Assembly: GCA_050084985.1 (NCBI GenBank)
Contig: JBITNC010000001.1
Location: 203,298,001 to 203,362,000 of the forward strand
DNA: 64,000 bases
Reading direction: 5' to 3'
Source: Nageia nagi
Taxonomy: Eukaryota > Plantae > Pinophyta
Positions 52,000-64,000 of the stretch are shown piece after piece. A program made the position numbers and the translations under genes. Numbering within the stretch: the first letter of the stretch is position 1; each line of letters opens with the position of its first letter. A model generated the notes under the pieces. It made no database searches and was not told the DNA's origin. It worked only from the letters and a program-made list of their open reading frames with translations.

Positions 52000-54250
52000 C
52001 TTTTTCATTATTAATTTCTAGTTATTTGACCTTGTGTTTATATAAGTAATGTAATTTCAAGAAGTTTTAACTAGTTGGATAAGATGTGGTATCTTATGCA
52101 TAAACTTAAATTGCAATATCGTATTGCACCTTTATCAACCATAATATCCTTCAATAATGTCTTTAGTATCTATATATATGCTTCTTCAAGGGTACAAATA
52201 CTCTCTAGCCATAAGTTATTTGTGGATGTTTAGAATTAGAGTCTTTTTCATCCACTCATAAGAATGTTTTTGTATGCCACTTGTAATTATTATCTATTCT
52301 TTTTTGGATATGTAATAAATGTATAGGTAGACTTTTTCTATTCTATCGATGCATTTTGCTAGTGAATCATGATGATTTGTAGAAGAAAATAGCTTGTAGC
52401 ACATCTCACTACTCTCCCAGATGAGATACATGAATATATTATCTATCATGGGGTACATAACTTCTTATCACAACATTCCTTGGAAGCAACGAAATTCCTT
52501 CTTCGTCAAGATTTAGCTATCATTACTCTATATCCTTCGAATAATTTTGGTTGTTGCATGATTACTTATCTAAATAAAATAAGCATTTACACTACTTCAT
52601 TCATTTATTTTCCTATCCTAATCTAAATTAGAGAGTTATTCTACATAATCCTTATAATCTATTATGGGTGAGACTTGTAGCTTACATGGGTCCTTCCTCA
52701 ATTTTACTAGGTGAAAGTTTGGAACCTCTTGCTATCTCATGGGTGATTTGGTAACAAAGTCTTCCTTGAGAGACAACCTATTCCTTCATAGTTTATAGGA
52801 AATGGGGAAATTGGATTCTTTCCCACCTATTCTCATCATTTACCATTTTCAAGCTATTGCTCAAAATATGATAGCTTTTCTTCTTGATCCTCTTGCATAT
52901 AGCACATCAGATCAAGCTTCAAAATGCTTCGATTCTGATTTTTATGTTAATAGATTTTACTATACTAACTCTAATTTATCAAACTAAGGTAACTATCCAT
53001 TAGGTTTATCAATGGAATCTAATAATGATGTAAATAAATCCTAATCTTTTATAAGTTATCCACTTGGCTTGTTAATGGAACTTTTTATGCACTGAAGAAG
53101 AACCTTCTATTTCACATAAAACTCGATGAAATTCATAAAATATAACTAGTACATTTAAGAATGAGAATTACACTATGAAAGGATTTATTTTTATTTAGTA
53201 CATAAGAAAAATCCTTCCTTTCAATTCGTTCTTAATTACCAATTAGATTTTCTTCCTCATTGATCATCTCCTCGAGTTCCTCATTGAATAATGAAATCTT
53301 TTGGCTCATTTCTTCAAGGTACTCAATGAGTTTTGGAGTGAGGGTAGGAACATTTCTATCATAGAAAAGAGAAAAATCCCTATTTGTACCTTTTTATTTC
53401 CTTTTTCTTTTTGTAGATCTAGAAAGCTTTGTAGGGTGATATTATCATTTAGTTCTATAAGATTGTTAGGAATTTCTTCTTTTATTTTCTTTTAGCATTT
53501 CTTCCCTTTTTAGGATCTCTTTCTTCTTGCCATACTAGAATAAACAACATATGCATTTAAGATGTATTCTAAATTTCTAACTTACATTATCATACTTCAA
53601 ACAAAATAAGAACTTTAATGATAACATTTTTCATTACATAACATAGTAAAATATTTTCTTAGATCTAGTACATTATGTACTCTAATCCTTTGATAAAACA
53701 TAGCTTTTTAATGTGTACACTAGCACCCATGGAGTTCAATATTTCAATCATGTTCCATAGATTCATTTCATGGTTTAGCCTAATAGAAGGTGGAGGTGTG
53801 ATTTGAATAGGGTTTTCTTCTATAGGGAGTAAGATGGTACATTTGAAATTTACAACATCTTCAAGCATAATTTCTCCATCAGAATCATCATGGAGAGCTC
53901 TTATTTCACTTATGATGTCTTCTCTGAAGATAACTTCTTCTATGAACCTATTCCTCACAACTATAGGCCTTGAATCCTGATTTATCTTGGCTAGGTACTC
54001 ATTTCTTCTAAAAATTTATTTTCTAATTTTTTCTTTTAGAGAAAGGTTTCTTTCCCTAGTTGACTTGGATAATTCTTGGGATATAATTTATTGTAGTTCA
54101 ACTATTTCCCTCTCAATCCTTAGAGTATAATTTACTAGAGTATTCCATAATCCATAGAATGAAAGTGTATCATCAATGCTGGATAGGATATCATATTCTA
54201 TAGGCAACCAATTCTAAGACCATCCCATCTTGATATGTTCTAAATTTTCC
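52000..54250 (-). pseudogene. Decayed extra ORF(s) between PBS and gag of element F
   Basis: Open stretches such as 53665-53958 (MRNRFIEEVIFREDIISEIRALHDDSDGE...) and a K/E-rich frame near 53250-53530. No family recognised. Confidence 0.4.
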
Positions 54251-55639
54251 TACAAGATGAGAAACAATAAGTTAGGACTATTTATTTTTCACTACTTCAC
54301 CCTAGTTCCTAACCAATACTTACTCTAATACTAATGTAATGTTACCCTACTATATACTTAACCTCAAAATTTATGATCCAATTTTTTTTAAATGTTCCTT
54401 ATGTATAAGGTACTATTCATGAAATTATATCCCATATGGACTACAATTTTTTACGCTTCATCTTTTACCTCGATACCACTTTACCAAGATAAGTACTAAG
54501 GCATGTTTGGCATGCAAGCCTACCTCACTTATGAGTGATTCCTCATGATGATCATACTCTAATTTTATTTTATTAATGACTTTATTACTGTAAGTGCACT
54601 ATTTTGAGTTTTGAGTAACTCTTGCAACTTATTTAGCTCGATCATTTTATCTATTTCCAATCTAAGAGTGTCCAACCTAATTACTTCTTGATCATTCATT
54701 CCTTAAAATATATAATTGATTGTTTAGATTCAATTCCCATGATAATATCCTAGGTATAACCTCTTTTGAAGTACCTAACATATGAGTGAGTTACGTTTGG
54801 TACATATTATATGAGAGACAAGAACGCATCCCATTAATATTTCAATAATTCATAAAACCATAAATAAATATATTGAAATATTTGCATTCAACCTAAAGAA
54901 TAATTAAAAAATTAAACCATGCTTTGTTTGTCTTGCCATACTATAATGATCATTTTTCCTTCTTAAAGTTTAATTAGGTACTTATTGCATCCATATATCT
55001 AGTTATGTTTGAACATAATCCATTATTCCAATGACCTAGTGAATACTCTTTATTCATCTCATGAGTACTTTTCAAATCTGATACTTATAATACAATGATC
55101 ATAATTTTTTTGAGGGTATGTTAGCTATTCTTCTTGCTAACCCCTTTTGAAGTTTATCTTACATCATGAATACATTAATATAATGTCTTTAGAACCAATA
55201 AGTCAAATACATCATTTGTATAATTTTCATTCAATGAGCTTCATGGTAGGGAGAGGTCTTCATATTCTATTGGTGTATCTAGTGCTACATTATTTTTATG
55301 AACCTCCCAAGACTTCAAATATAAGTTGTCATAGGTAATAGAAGAGTTTTGGATAGCTCTTAGTATGACCACTATGCAACATGCATCAATTCATCCAATA
55401 AATTTTTGTACACTATTTAATTAATCTATACTCTATATATATGATCTCAGAAGGTTTTACACCTTGTCAAAGATACCTCCCTTCCTTGACTAGAGTATAA
55501 TTTTATCAAGGAAAATCACTAACATTCAATAAGATTCAAATTAAAGGAAAATCACTAATGAAGAGCCTTTTTCAATAAATACCTTGATTGAATAGGGATG
55601 AGCTTAAATATCTTTGTTAACCTTCCCAAAAAGAGTTAC

Positions 55640-56005
55640 CATGTTCCATACATCCACTAATTATTCTATTATGAAGGTATTCCCAAAACAAAAACTCTAT
55701 TACATACATCCTCTACATTTATTAATAAATCCCAATCTCATTAAAACTATTGTCAAGGTATTTCAAAAAATTTCCCTATTCCATACATCCTCTACTTTTA
55801 TTAATAAATCCCAAACTCATTAATCTATTATGAAGGTATTTCCAAAAATTTCCATATTCCATATATCCTCTACTTTTATTAATAAATCCCAATCTAATTA
55901 ATAGGATTTATCTATTTTTCCTTAAATCTATTCTAAAAGTATTTCCATAAATTGCCCTATTCTATACATCCTCTTCATTTATTAATAAATCCTAATTTCA
56001 TTAAT
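55640..56005. repeat. ~79-bp tandem array (4-5 units), present only in the 5' LTR of F
   Basis: tattccatacatcctctacttttattaataaatcccaa recurs near 55700, 55777, 55855 and 55958. Confidence 0.88.
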
Positions 56006-56059
56006 AAAGTTTATCATACCATAAATGATTTAATTTCTGTAATCACTTCCGAGCCAATG

Positions 56060-57000
56060 TATGAAGTCACATTGTCTAAACTTGGATTAAAACCCAAAAT
56101 ATACACTTATGGAAAATAGATGCCCATCAGATAGGCAATAGGGTCTGTGAAGAGCTCGATGATTTGTTCAGCCTATCACCTCACCGTGGTGCCACTAGTG
56201 GAGGTGCTGAAAGATTAAAGGCTCCATTGACCACACAAAGGCATCTAAGGTATTCATATACATATTGGAGAAGATAATTGATGCTTCATTTAACACAACC
56301 CTAATGCCTATGTTCTAAAGGTATACAATAAGGAAGGCATTCAAGCCATATCCAAAAGTAGTTTAAGCAAATACATTTGGGGAAATAGCGAATTGTTCGA
56401 TAAAATGCCCCTTCGAAATGTAGACTCATGTAATGTCCATAGGTTTAAAGCACACACAAATTTGTTGATAGGGTTTGCAAATTGTTTGAAAAATGCCACA
56501 ATGAAGGATAATGTGTGTACCATGAAAGCTTTATAACTTTATGGTCTCATGCTCTACAATGACTTGATATGTGCTGATTGGATGCACTGCAGAACTCAGA
56601 TTATGCTGAGGGGAGGATAAATGATTAATTTATCATAATACTTCATGTATTACTATTTTTTAGATGCCATGGTCTTATAGTGATTTTACAAATAGCTGAA
56701 TATGGGTGCGTTGACAGAAGAAATGAGGTGTATCCTTTTCAAGGTTGGTCTTAAACACACTCTACATTCCATTTCTTGGCATTCCTTCAATGGGTACCAC
56801 CATATCCATCAAAGAGTGGTAAGAAAAGTCATTCTTATTCAAACGTTGTGGTTGGGGATGCCTTGATATGCCTACTCATGGAAAGAGGGAAGAGAGAGAG
56901 ACCAGATATCGATTTGAACCTAAAATTTCTCATTGCAACACTATCTCTGGATTGCCTAGAATACGCCATATCCATATCCATGTAATAAAAATCTATAACC
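56060..57000 (+). pseudogene. Captured PLS-class PPR gene fragments inside the LTR (partial copy at ~47250-48100)
   Basis: LGLKPKIYTY (56081), ELFDKMPLRNVDSCNV (56390-56437), VDRVCKLFEK and SNVVVGDALI (56839-56868) match PPR motifs G.KPD..T(Y/F), LFDKMP.RNVVSWN and SNVVVGNALI. Confidence 0.7.
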
Positions 57001-57280
57001 TTTCTAGTAGCCAAACTAGATTCTATGATGCTTTTCTCCTTCATTTCACTAGAGTATGCCACCGTGGGTCTGCACCAGAGAGTAGGGATGGCCATTAAAA
57101 TGTTCCTCATTAGATTTCTTAAGAATGTGAAGGTCCCAAAAAGTATATTTTTCAAGGAAGCAAATTCAAGAAGTGATTCCCCATGCATTGCAGAAAGGTA
57201 GGCATTCGAGATATATGTGTGGATGGCTCTTCTCCTTGATGGGAATTTGCCTAGGGAAGGGTGAATAAAATAATTTTGAT

Positions 57281-57285
<5 letters not shown>

Positions 57286-57339
<54 letters not shown>
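57286..57339. repeat. (TA)27 microsatellite
   Basis: Perfect run; the homologous site in the other LTR (~48386) has only about three TA units. Confidence 0.95.
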
Positions 57340-57342
<3 letters not shown>

Positions 57343-59102
57343 TCTTGTATTTTGACTTACATCTAAAATACTCATTCACATGGTTCAAAATTCATCTTCT
57401 AAAACAACTATAATATTATAGTTCTTTACTAACTCCCTTTACTCTTTTTAATGTGATGAATGTAGGTAAATAGCATATTATAACCATCAATTATATAATG
57501 TTAATTCATATAATCACATGCCAAGGAATCTAATGAAAGTATTATAATTTCCACATGCAACAGGCCAATGTGATAACCAATAACAATATTAAAATACCCT
57601 TTTTATTTACAACTAGATAAATATGTAAGGTTATAAGATAAAATTAGTACTTCCATCATCACATGCAACCTTTCATATAAATAATAATGTGAAATCTAAA
57701 CAATATCATTCTACAATATTTAACTCACATTATAGTACCTAAGAGATTTAGATTCAATGCTCCATAAAAGATTCTAGCAATTAAATGCTAGAATCAAGAA
57801 AAGGCACCTAAATATTTTAAATTGGATACTTAGGGAAAGAGGTCTCCTTCTCTTCATGAGATCCCAAGTCAAAATGGAGGAGAGAGATATGAGTGTCCTT
57901 TTTCCCAAACTTCTCCAAGTATTTATAATTAAAAGGTAGTATAATCCATCCAAAGAAAATACTATTTATCCATCTTATCTACTTTATATGTAGGGTGTTG
58001 GGGTTTTTGTTATTTTTTTTATGAGGGTTTGGGAAAATTTTGTTTGTAAGGTCTCTTACCTTCCAAAAATAAGTTTACACCTAAAATTAGAAAGTAAAAT
58101 ATTTTATCAATCATGTTGCACCTAACAAAAAAGGACAAGTTGTGTGGGGTGTTTCTCTTAAATTTTTTTAGGAAGGCACCAAAGTAACCTTGTAACCCCC
58201 ATGAAATGATAAGAAAACCTTTAAGCCCAAATGAAATGATAAGAAAACCTTTAACCTTAAAATTTATCTTTCTCCCAAATTTTTTTTATTGTTGTAAAAC
58301 AAAGTTTATTAGTAAAAATTTAAAATTCAAATAGGTGAAATATTTCTTGTTTGAAAAATTGCTAGTTTTAGTTTTTTAAACAAATTCAAGAAAACACATC
58401 ATATTTTTAGCATAATATTTACCTGTTGAGGCCTCCCCATCTTACTAGGTAAGCTTTGTTAGTGTACACTCACACATACATGAGCATCACACATATCACA
58501 AGGATTAAAACACAGAATTATGATTTGCAACTATATGATCTACGAAGGGTCTTTATGAGTTTGTTAGTAATTCCATGTCAATAATTTCCTTGCTCTTACC
58601 AATCCCTTCCCATAACCACTCATGTTGGTTCCCTAGGATCTCCATCCAGATTTGCTCATTAAATCGACTGTTACTTGTGTCATGAAAAATCTCGAAGCTA
58701 GCATCAATTTATCACAAATATATCATATAATCATATTTTATTAGTCAAGTCATTTACCCATTAATATTCAAATTTTTTGAAAGTAATAAAATTAAATGGA
58801 TCATTACAAAATTTTAAAAAGCATTCAATATTGAAAATGTAACAGGGTCATTATAATTAATAAGAAGACCTAGGATATGCATAATCATACACCATTGATC
58901 CTATAGTACATGGAATCTATAAGATATAAAGTCAAAGGAATTGGAAAAATGATGAAGGGATTAAAGAGTTACCTATAAAGAGATTCAAATCCAATGAAGG
59001 AAAAAGCATAATTAGATGTAAGAAGAATAAGAAGAATATAGTTTCCTATCATAGTGATGAGGAATCAAAATTAGAAGCATAAAATTAGTCAATGAACATG
59101 AT

Positions 59103-59412
59103 TGAGTTAGTACTAGATAATCCAAAATAGGTTAGAATATCTAATAAGCCATGCACCCATGCCATGACAGTTTTTAGGTTTGCTAATGTGTTTAAAATAG
59201 ATGATGTACTTCTACACACACTAGGGGTACAATATGAGTTGAAATCATACCATACAAAGAGGAAATATAAGGTTGCATATCATCTTGATGCATATTTCAG
59301 AGAAGAAATGGAGAACATAGCAAATTATTCCTTGGTACGTTGGCCTACTTTTATTTTCCTCATATAGGGGTAGGCTAGGCAGCTAGGGTTAGGTGTGTAT
59401 ATGTTTATGACA
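59103..59412. mobile_element. ~310-bp insertion (solo LTR or MITE-like) in pol of E
   Basis: The host frame LVNEHD|LSYEKARL is restored on removal. acatgatt is repeated at 59096-59103 and 59410-59417. Confidence 0.65.
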
Positions 59413-61903
59413 TGATTTATCTTATGAAAAAGCAAGATTAAGGGAAATGCCTAGTATTTATCAACTTGATGATAATATGCCTTGGTTGAATGAGCCTCTT
59501 ATGGAAATAGATATTGGTACAAAAGAAGTTCCATAGATAGTTCAAATTGGAACTATAATCATTAGATATGACAAATACAACATATAAAATTTCTTATAAA
59601 ATTCAAAGAAATAATTGCTTATAAATATAATGATATGATAGGATTGGATGCTTCCTTTGTTACTCATAATTTGACTATGCATGAAGATGCCAAACTAGTA
59701 TAGTAAAAAAGAATACCTATGCATCCTAAGCACTCTCTCCTAGTTAACAAAGAAATAGGAAAGTATCACAAGGATGGATTCATTGAACCTATTGATTATT
59801 CATATTTGTTATACAATATTATTCATTCTATAAAACTAAATGGGGAAATTAGATGTTGCATATATTTTAGAGATTTGAATAAGGCTTGTCCAAAAGATAA
59901 TTTTCCTTTGCCACACATTGAAATAATTATGGAATCAACTATAGGCTATGAGATGTTATATTTTATGGATTATTTTTCAGGATACAATAAAATTAGAGTA
60001 AACAAAGAGAATAAACATAATACATCCTTTACTACACCTTGGGGTACATTTTGTTGGGCAGTCATGGCCTTTGGTCTAAAAAATGTAGGAGCTACATATC
60101 GAAGAGCAATGGTAACTATGTTTCATGACCGTATGCATAAGTATGTTGAAGTTTATGTTGATGATATTATTTGTAAGTCTAAAAAGAATGAGAATCATTT
60201 AGAGGATTTAAGATTAATCTTTGATAGAATGAGGCAATATAACCCGAAGCTAAATTCTAAGAAGTATATTTTTGGAGTATCTAGTGGCAAATTGCTAGGA
60301 TACATTATGTCTAGAAGAGTTATAGAAATTGATCCCAAAAAGGTTAAAGAAATAATGGATATGCCTTAACTAAAGAACATCAAGAAAGTCATAGTTTTAT
60401 AAGGAAAGATACAAGTAGTCAAAATTTTTATCACATAAATAGCATATATAACAACCCCTTTTTCCTACTTGCTCAATAAGGGAAATAAGTCTATTTGGAT
60501 AAAATAATTTCGAAAGTTATTTGATTATATCAAGATGTATTTGCTTCATGCTTCTAGTTTGCAACTAGTTGATCATATAAAACCTCTACATTTGTATATC
60601 TCAATTACAAGTTAGGCTATAAGAATTATTTTGGTATAACTTGATAATGAAAACAAAGAAAGAGCTATGCATTACTTGTTAAAAATATTGCATAATGAAA
60701 AAATCAATTACAATTCAATTAAGAAGTTATATTTTGCTATCATTTATACCACACAAAAGTTGAGACATTACATGATCACAAACATAACCTTCATAGTAGC
60801 TCAACTTGATCCACTGAGGTACTTATTATCCAAACCATAGATACAAGGAAGGCCAACCAAATGGATAATATAATTTTAAGAAATTGATCACATCTAAACA
60901 TGTCAAAAATAAATTAAAGGATGGTTTATAACTGATATATTGGTTGAAGCACCATATGATGATATCACCATAAGTAAAGGTGAATTTCAAGATGATCTTG
61001 TGTCATTAGTTGAGCAAATTGAAAATAAAATATAGATACTTTTCTTTTTATGGTTCCAAGTGCTTACAAGGGGATAGGGTAGGTATTGTGTTAGTATGTC
61101 TTGAAGGTGGTATGATTCCTATGGAATACAAGTTGCATTTTGAGTATACTAACAATATGGATGAGTATGAAGATTTGACCTTAACATTAAAGGCTACTAT
61201 TAATATTGGAATAAATAAGTTATAGGTTTATGGTGACTCACAACTTTTCATTAATCAAATAAATTATTTTTGTAACATAAAGGATGAAAAATTATATCCA
61301 TACAAGGACCTAGTAATTAGAATTATTCATAGATGATTTATATAGATTTAATTTGAGAACAAACTAAGAAATACTAATAGATTTATGAATGCCATATATA
61401 ATGCTTCTTCTTTGACACCTATATCACTTGAGGATGAGGAGACCATTATCAAAATCAATAATCTTATGCACAAATTCTTTGTAGATGATGATGATTACCA
61501 AGGGTTCTTTAAGAAAGACCCTCTCATATGTTCCATTCTTCTAATGCATGAATGGTATGCTGATATTTACAAGTACTTGAAGCATGGGAAAGTCCATACT
61601 CTTATTAAAACAAGATCCTTAAATGAAGAATCAGGTGAATGACTATAATTTATGTTATTATTGGTGATCCTATTTACAAAAGCTCATTTAATGGTAGTTT
61701 GCTTATATGTTTAAATGACACCAAAGCAAACAAAGATATGAAATAAGTGCATGATAGCATATGTGAAGGTGATTTTAATCATAAATCCATATTTCATAAG
61801 CTTAACAAACTAGGTTACTATTGGCCATATGTGAAAAATATTGCATAACACTTGTTAAAAAATATGAAAAGTTTAAAAAATATGCTAACTTGAAATAATC
61901 TCT

Positions 61904-62733
61904 TATTGATATGTGTTTTCGTATCACCTAGTATTTTACTCTAAATGAACTAAAAGCACATAAATATTTATTTTATGATTTATCTAAGCTAATTAAATCA
62001 AATAAACATACATGAATAAGGGAATTCAATAGTATAGTAATAGAATAATAAAATTACATTGATGTTAAGATGTAAAATACAATTACAAGTACTAAAGAGA
62101 AAGGAATTGAGTGAAAGATAAATACCTATGTATCCTTACCTATGTTGATGTTGAGGATACAATAGTTGAACTTGTTAAGGATACGATAGTTGAACTTGTT
62201 GAGGATTAATGATATTATAGTGTAAACCCTAATTCCAACTATAAAATAAACACCAATGTAGGTGTGGATCTCTAAGAACTTAGTGCAAGTATGAAATTCA
62301 ATGCAAGAATGCATATTCTTAAAGAATGAGGTTCACCAACAAGGATCGATGACATCAAAGATGATGACAAGTTGAACCAAGCATATGATCATGAAAGTGG
62401 ATAACAAAAAATTTCTTTAGTGATAATAAGATCCCAATCTCAATAGGTGCTATTTAGAAACACCCAAGTGTAGGGTACTAGCTATCGAGATGTAATATTG
62501 ACATCATACTTTCCCCAAGTTAGAGATACTTACATTTATATTAGGCATGATTCACCATTTGATTCCTTGAATATTGATTGAAATGATCCTAGTGTACCTA
62601 ACATAAAAAATAAAAATAGAACCTAATAAATATGTGATAATAAGTTAAAATATTACTAAAATATGATTAAATATGTGTGTAAAGTTACACTTAAGTGGGA
62701 TCATTTTAAGAGAGCCACTTTTAGGTGTCAAAA
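61904..62733 (-). mobile_element. Solo LTR (~830 bp) inserted in the integrase of E
   Basis: Right end ttttaggtgtcaaaa is a decayed reverse complement of TGTAGACACCTAAAA; left end tattgatatgtgttttc resembles TGTTGA..TGTGTTTT. Integrase resumes at PSNEL. TSD is degenerate. Confidence 0.75.
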
Positions 62734-64000
62734 AATCCTTCAAATGAACTAGCTACAATGATTTCTCCTTCATCTTTTGCTATTTGGGTATTGGATTTGG
62801 TAGGGGTTGTCAATCCTAAATATAGTGAAGGATATAAATTCATATTAGTTTCTACTAAGTATTTTACAAAATAGGTAGCAACAATACCTTTAAGATCATA
62901 TTAGGGTTCTAAAATTGTGAACTTTCTAATTGAAAACATCATAGCAAGATTAGTATTCCATCTTATATACTCATATATAATGGAAAGAATTTTAAGAGCA
63001 AACAAATCAAGGATTTTTGCAAAGAATTAAAGATCATGCAAATTTTTTCATCCTCATATTATCCATAAGGCAATGGAAAGCCTAACAAAACCAATAAAAC
63101 TATTGTTAACATCTTATACAAAACTATTAAGCAAACTCAATGAGACTAGCATTCATAGATCACATATGCACTTTGGGCATACATGATTAGTATCAAATCA
63201 ACAACTAGGTATACATCATTTTAATTAGTCTATGGAGATGAGGTAGTGCTTCCACTTGAGAGGAAATATCATCACTTAAGAGTATCTTTAGAAGGTATTA
63301 TTTATTGAGAACAATGAAAAGCAATATTAAGATAGTTCAAAGGATTGGATGAGAAAAACTTCCACACCTTAGAACATATTAAAGCTTAGCAAAGAGATAT
63401 AAGAAATCATATGGAAATAAAATAAGACCAAGGGAGTTTCAAGTTGTTGATATAGTGCTAAAAAAAATCATCACAAGTCATAGGCTTAAAACAAGGAAAA
63501 AGGTAATTTTGAAACCAATTGAATGGGTCCCTAAATCATTCATGCAAAACATTGTAATGGAGCATACAGATTAATCATAGTTGGAGGACAAGTGGACAAG
63601 TTTTCAACCAATGCTAAATACCTCAAACCATTTTATGTATAAGAGGAACATGTCACTTATATTTTATAAGTATTAGTTTTGTCATTCATCAGTACAAGGG
63701 TTCAACACTAGTATCCTAGCTAGATTTTTGTTCTATCATGCTAGAACCTATGCTAGCTTCCTATGCAAAATTTATCATGTAGCTCAACACTCACATTGAT
63801 ATTCCTAGTATTTTTATCCAAATAATGAAAATTAGGGATATAAAAGGTATTATATAAGTTAATCAAACCAGTTAGAAGTAATAAATCATATTTAATCAGT
63901 TCAATTAATCAGTCCAATGGTAGAGGGTTACTTAGTTGTACACTTAATGCCTTCAAAATAGGGAATCTATTTCAGAAACCAAATATAAATTTTTTTAGAT

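Larger units (their letters stand above)
45931..58855 (-). mobile_element. Complete non-autonomous LTR element F (12.9 kb, gag/PR remnants only)
   Basis: Two homologous LTRs; decayed PBS-Met actctaatacta (54322-54333); PPT ttctcccccctt (49864-49875); TSD gttaa (45926-45930) / attaa (58856-58860). Host pol continues on both sides. Confidence 0.9.
54335..58855 (-). repeat. 5' LTR of element F (~4.5 kb)
   Basis: tgtaatg...gggtcattata; abuts the PBS; colinear with the 3' LTR apart from indels. Confidence 0.92.
58861..63641 (+). pseudogene. pol: pol of element E: G-patch-like, RT, RH, aRH, INT (Tat/Ogre-like), with two small insertions
   Basis: RYKVKGIGK; FRDLNKACPKDNFPLP; FTTPWGTFCW.VMAFGLKNVGATY; VYVDDII; aRH FYGSKC...TNNMDEYE...VYGDSQL (61030-61420); INT WVLDLVG, YYP*GNG and MGP; ends YLKPFYV*. 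Confidence 0.95.

Noticed and set aside
56835-57188. Minus-strand LTR ORF (also 48027-48440) as a DNA glycosylase, dioxygenase or other enzyme
   Set aside because: No catalytic motifs recognised and the frame is not conserved between the two LTRs; the opposite strand gives PPR motifs.
57166-57375. ORF with YIYIYI repeats
   Set aside because: Translation of the (TA)27 microsatellite.

Overview
Very AT-rich, CpG-depleted eukaryotic (plant, most likely gymnosperm) intergenic DNA made almost entirely of old, nested and decayed transposable elements. No intact host gene, RNA gene or CRISPR array is supported. Inferred layout, left to right: (A) 3' non-coding region and 3' LTR of a gypsy-type element (1-3563) sitting in the gag of a gag-only element (3565-~5570). 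(B) A Tat/Ogre-like gypsy pol (5700-11900) with an antisense plant-mobile-domain (PMD) ORF (13.0-14.8 kb) and a 3' LTR start at 25448. B is interrupted by a truncated minus-strand Copia derivative (7015-10765) and by (C), a two-gene DNA transposon (~17.3-24.9 kb): a hAT transposase converging on an intron-containing PMD-like gene, bracketed by two 26-bp arrays that share a core motif. (D) A Tat element with PR-aRH-RT-RH-INT order and several extra ORFs (25.5-42.7 kb), interrupted by an ORF1-only LINE derivative. (E) A Tat/Ogre-like element with RT-RH-aRH-INT order (42.7 kb to the window end), interrupted by two small solo-LTR-like insertions and by (F), a complete 12.9-kb non-autonomous LTR element whose ~4-kb LTRs carry captured PLS-class PPR gene fragments antisense to the element transcript. 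The best candidates for an undescribed system are C and the PPR-carrying LTRs of F. All coding regions are pseudogenised. Boundaries marked approximate were read by eye, and no database search was possible.
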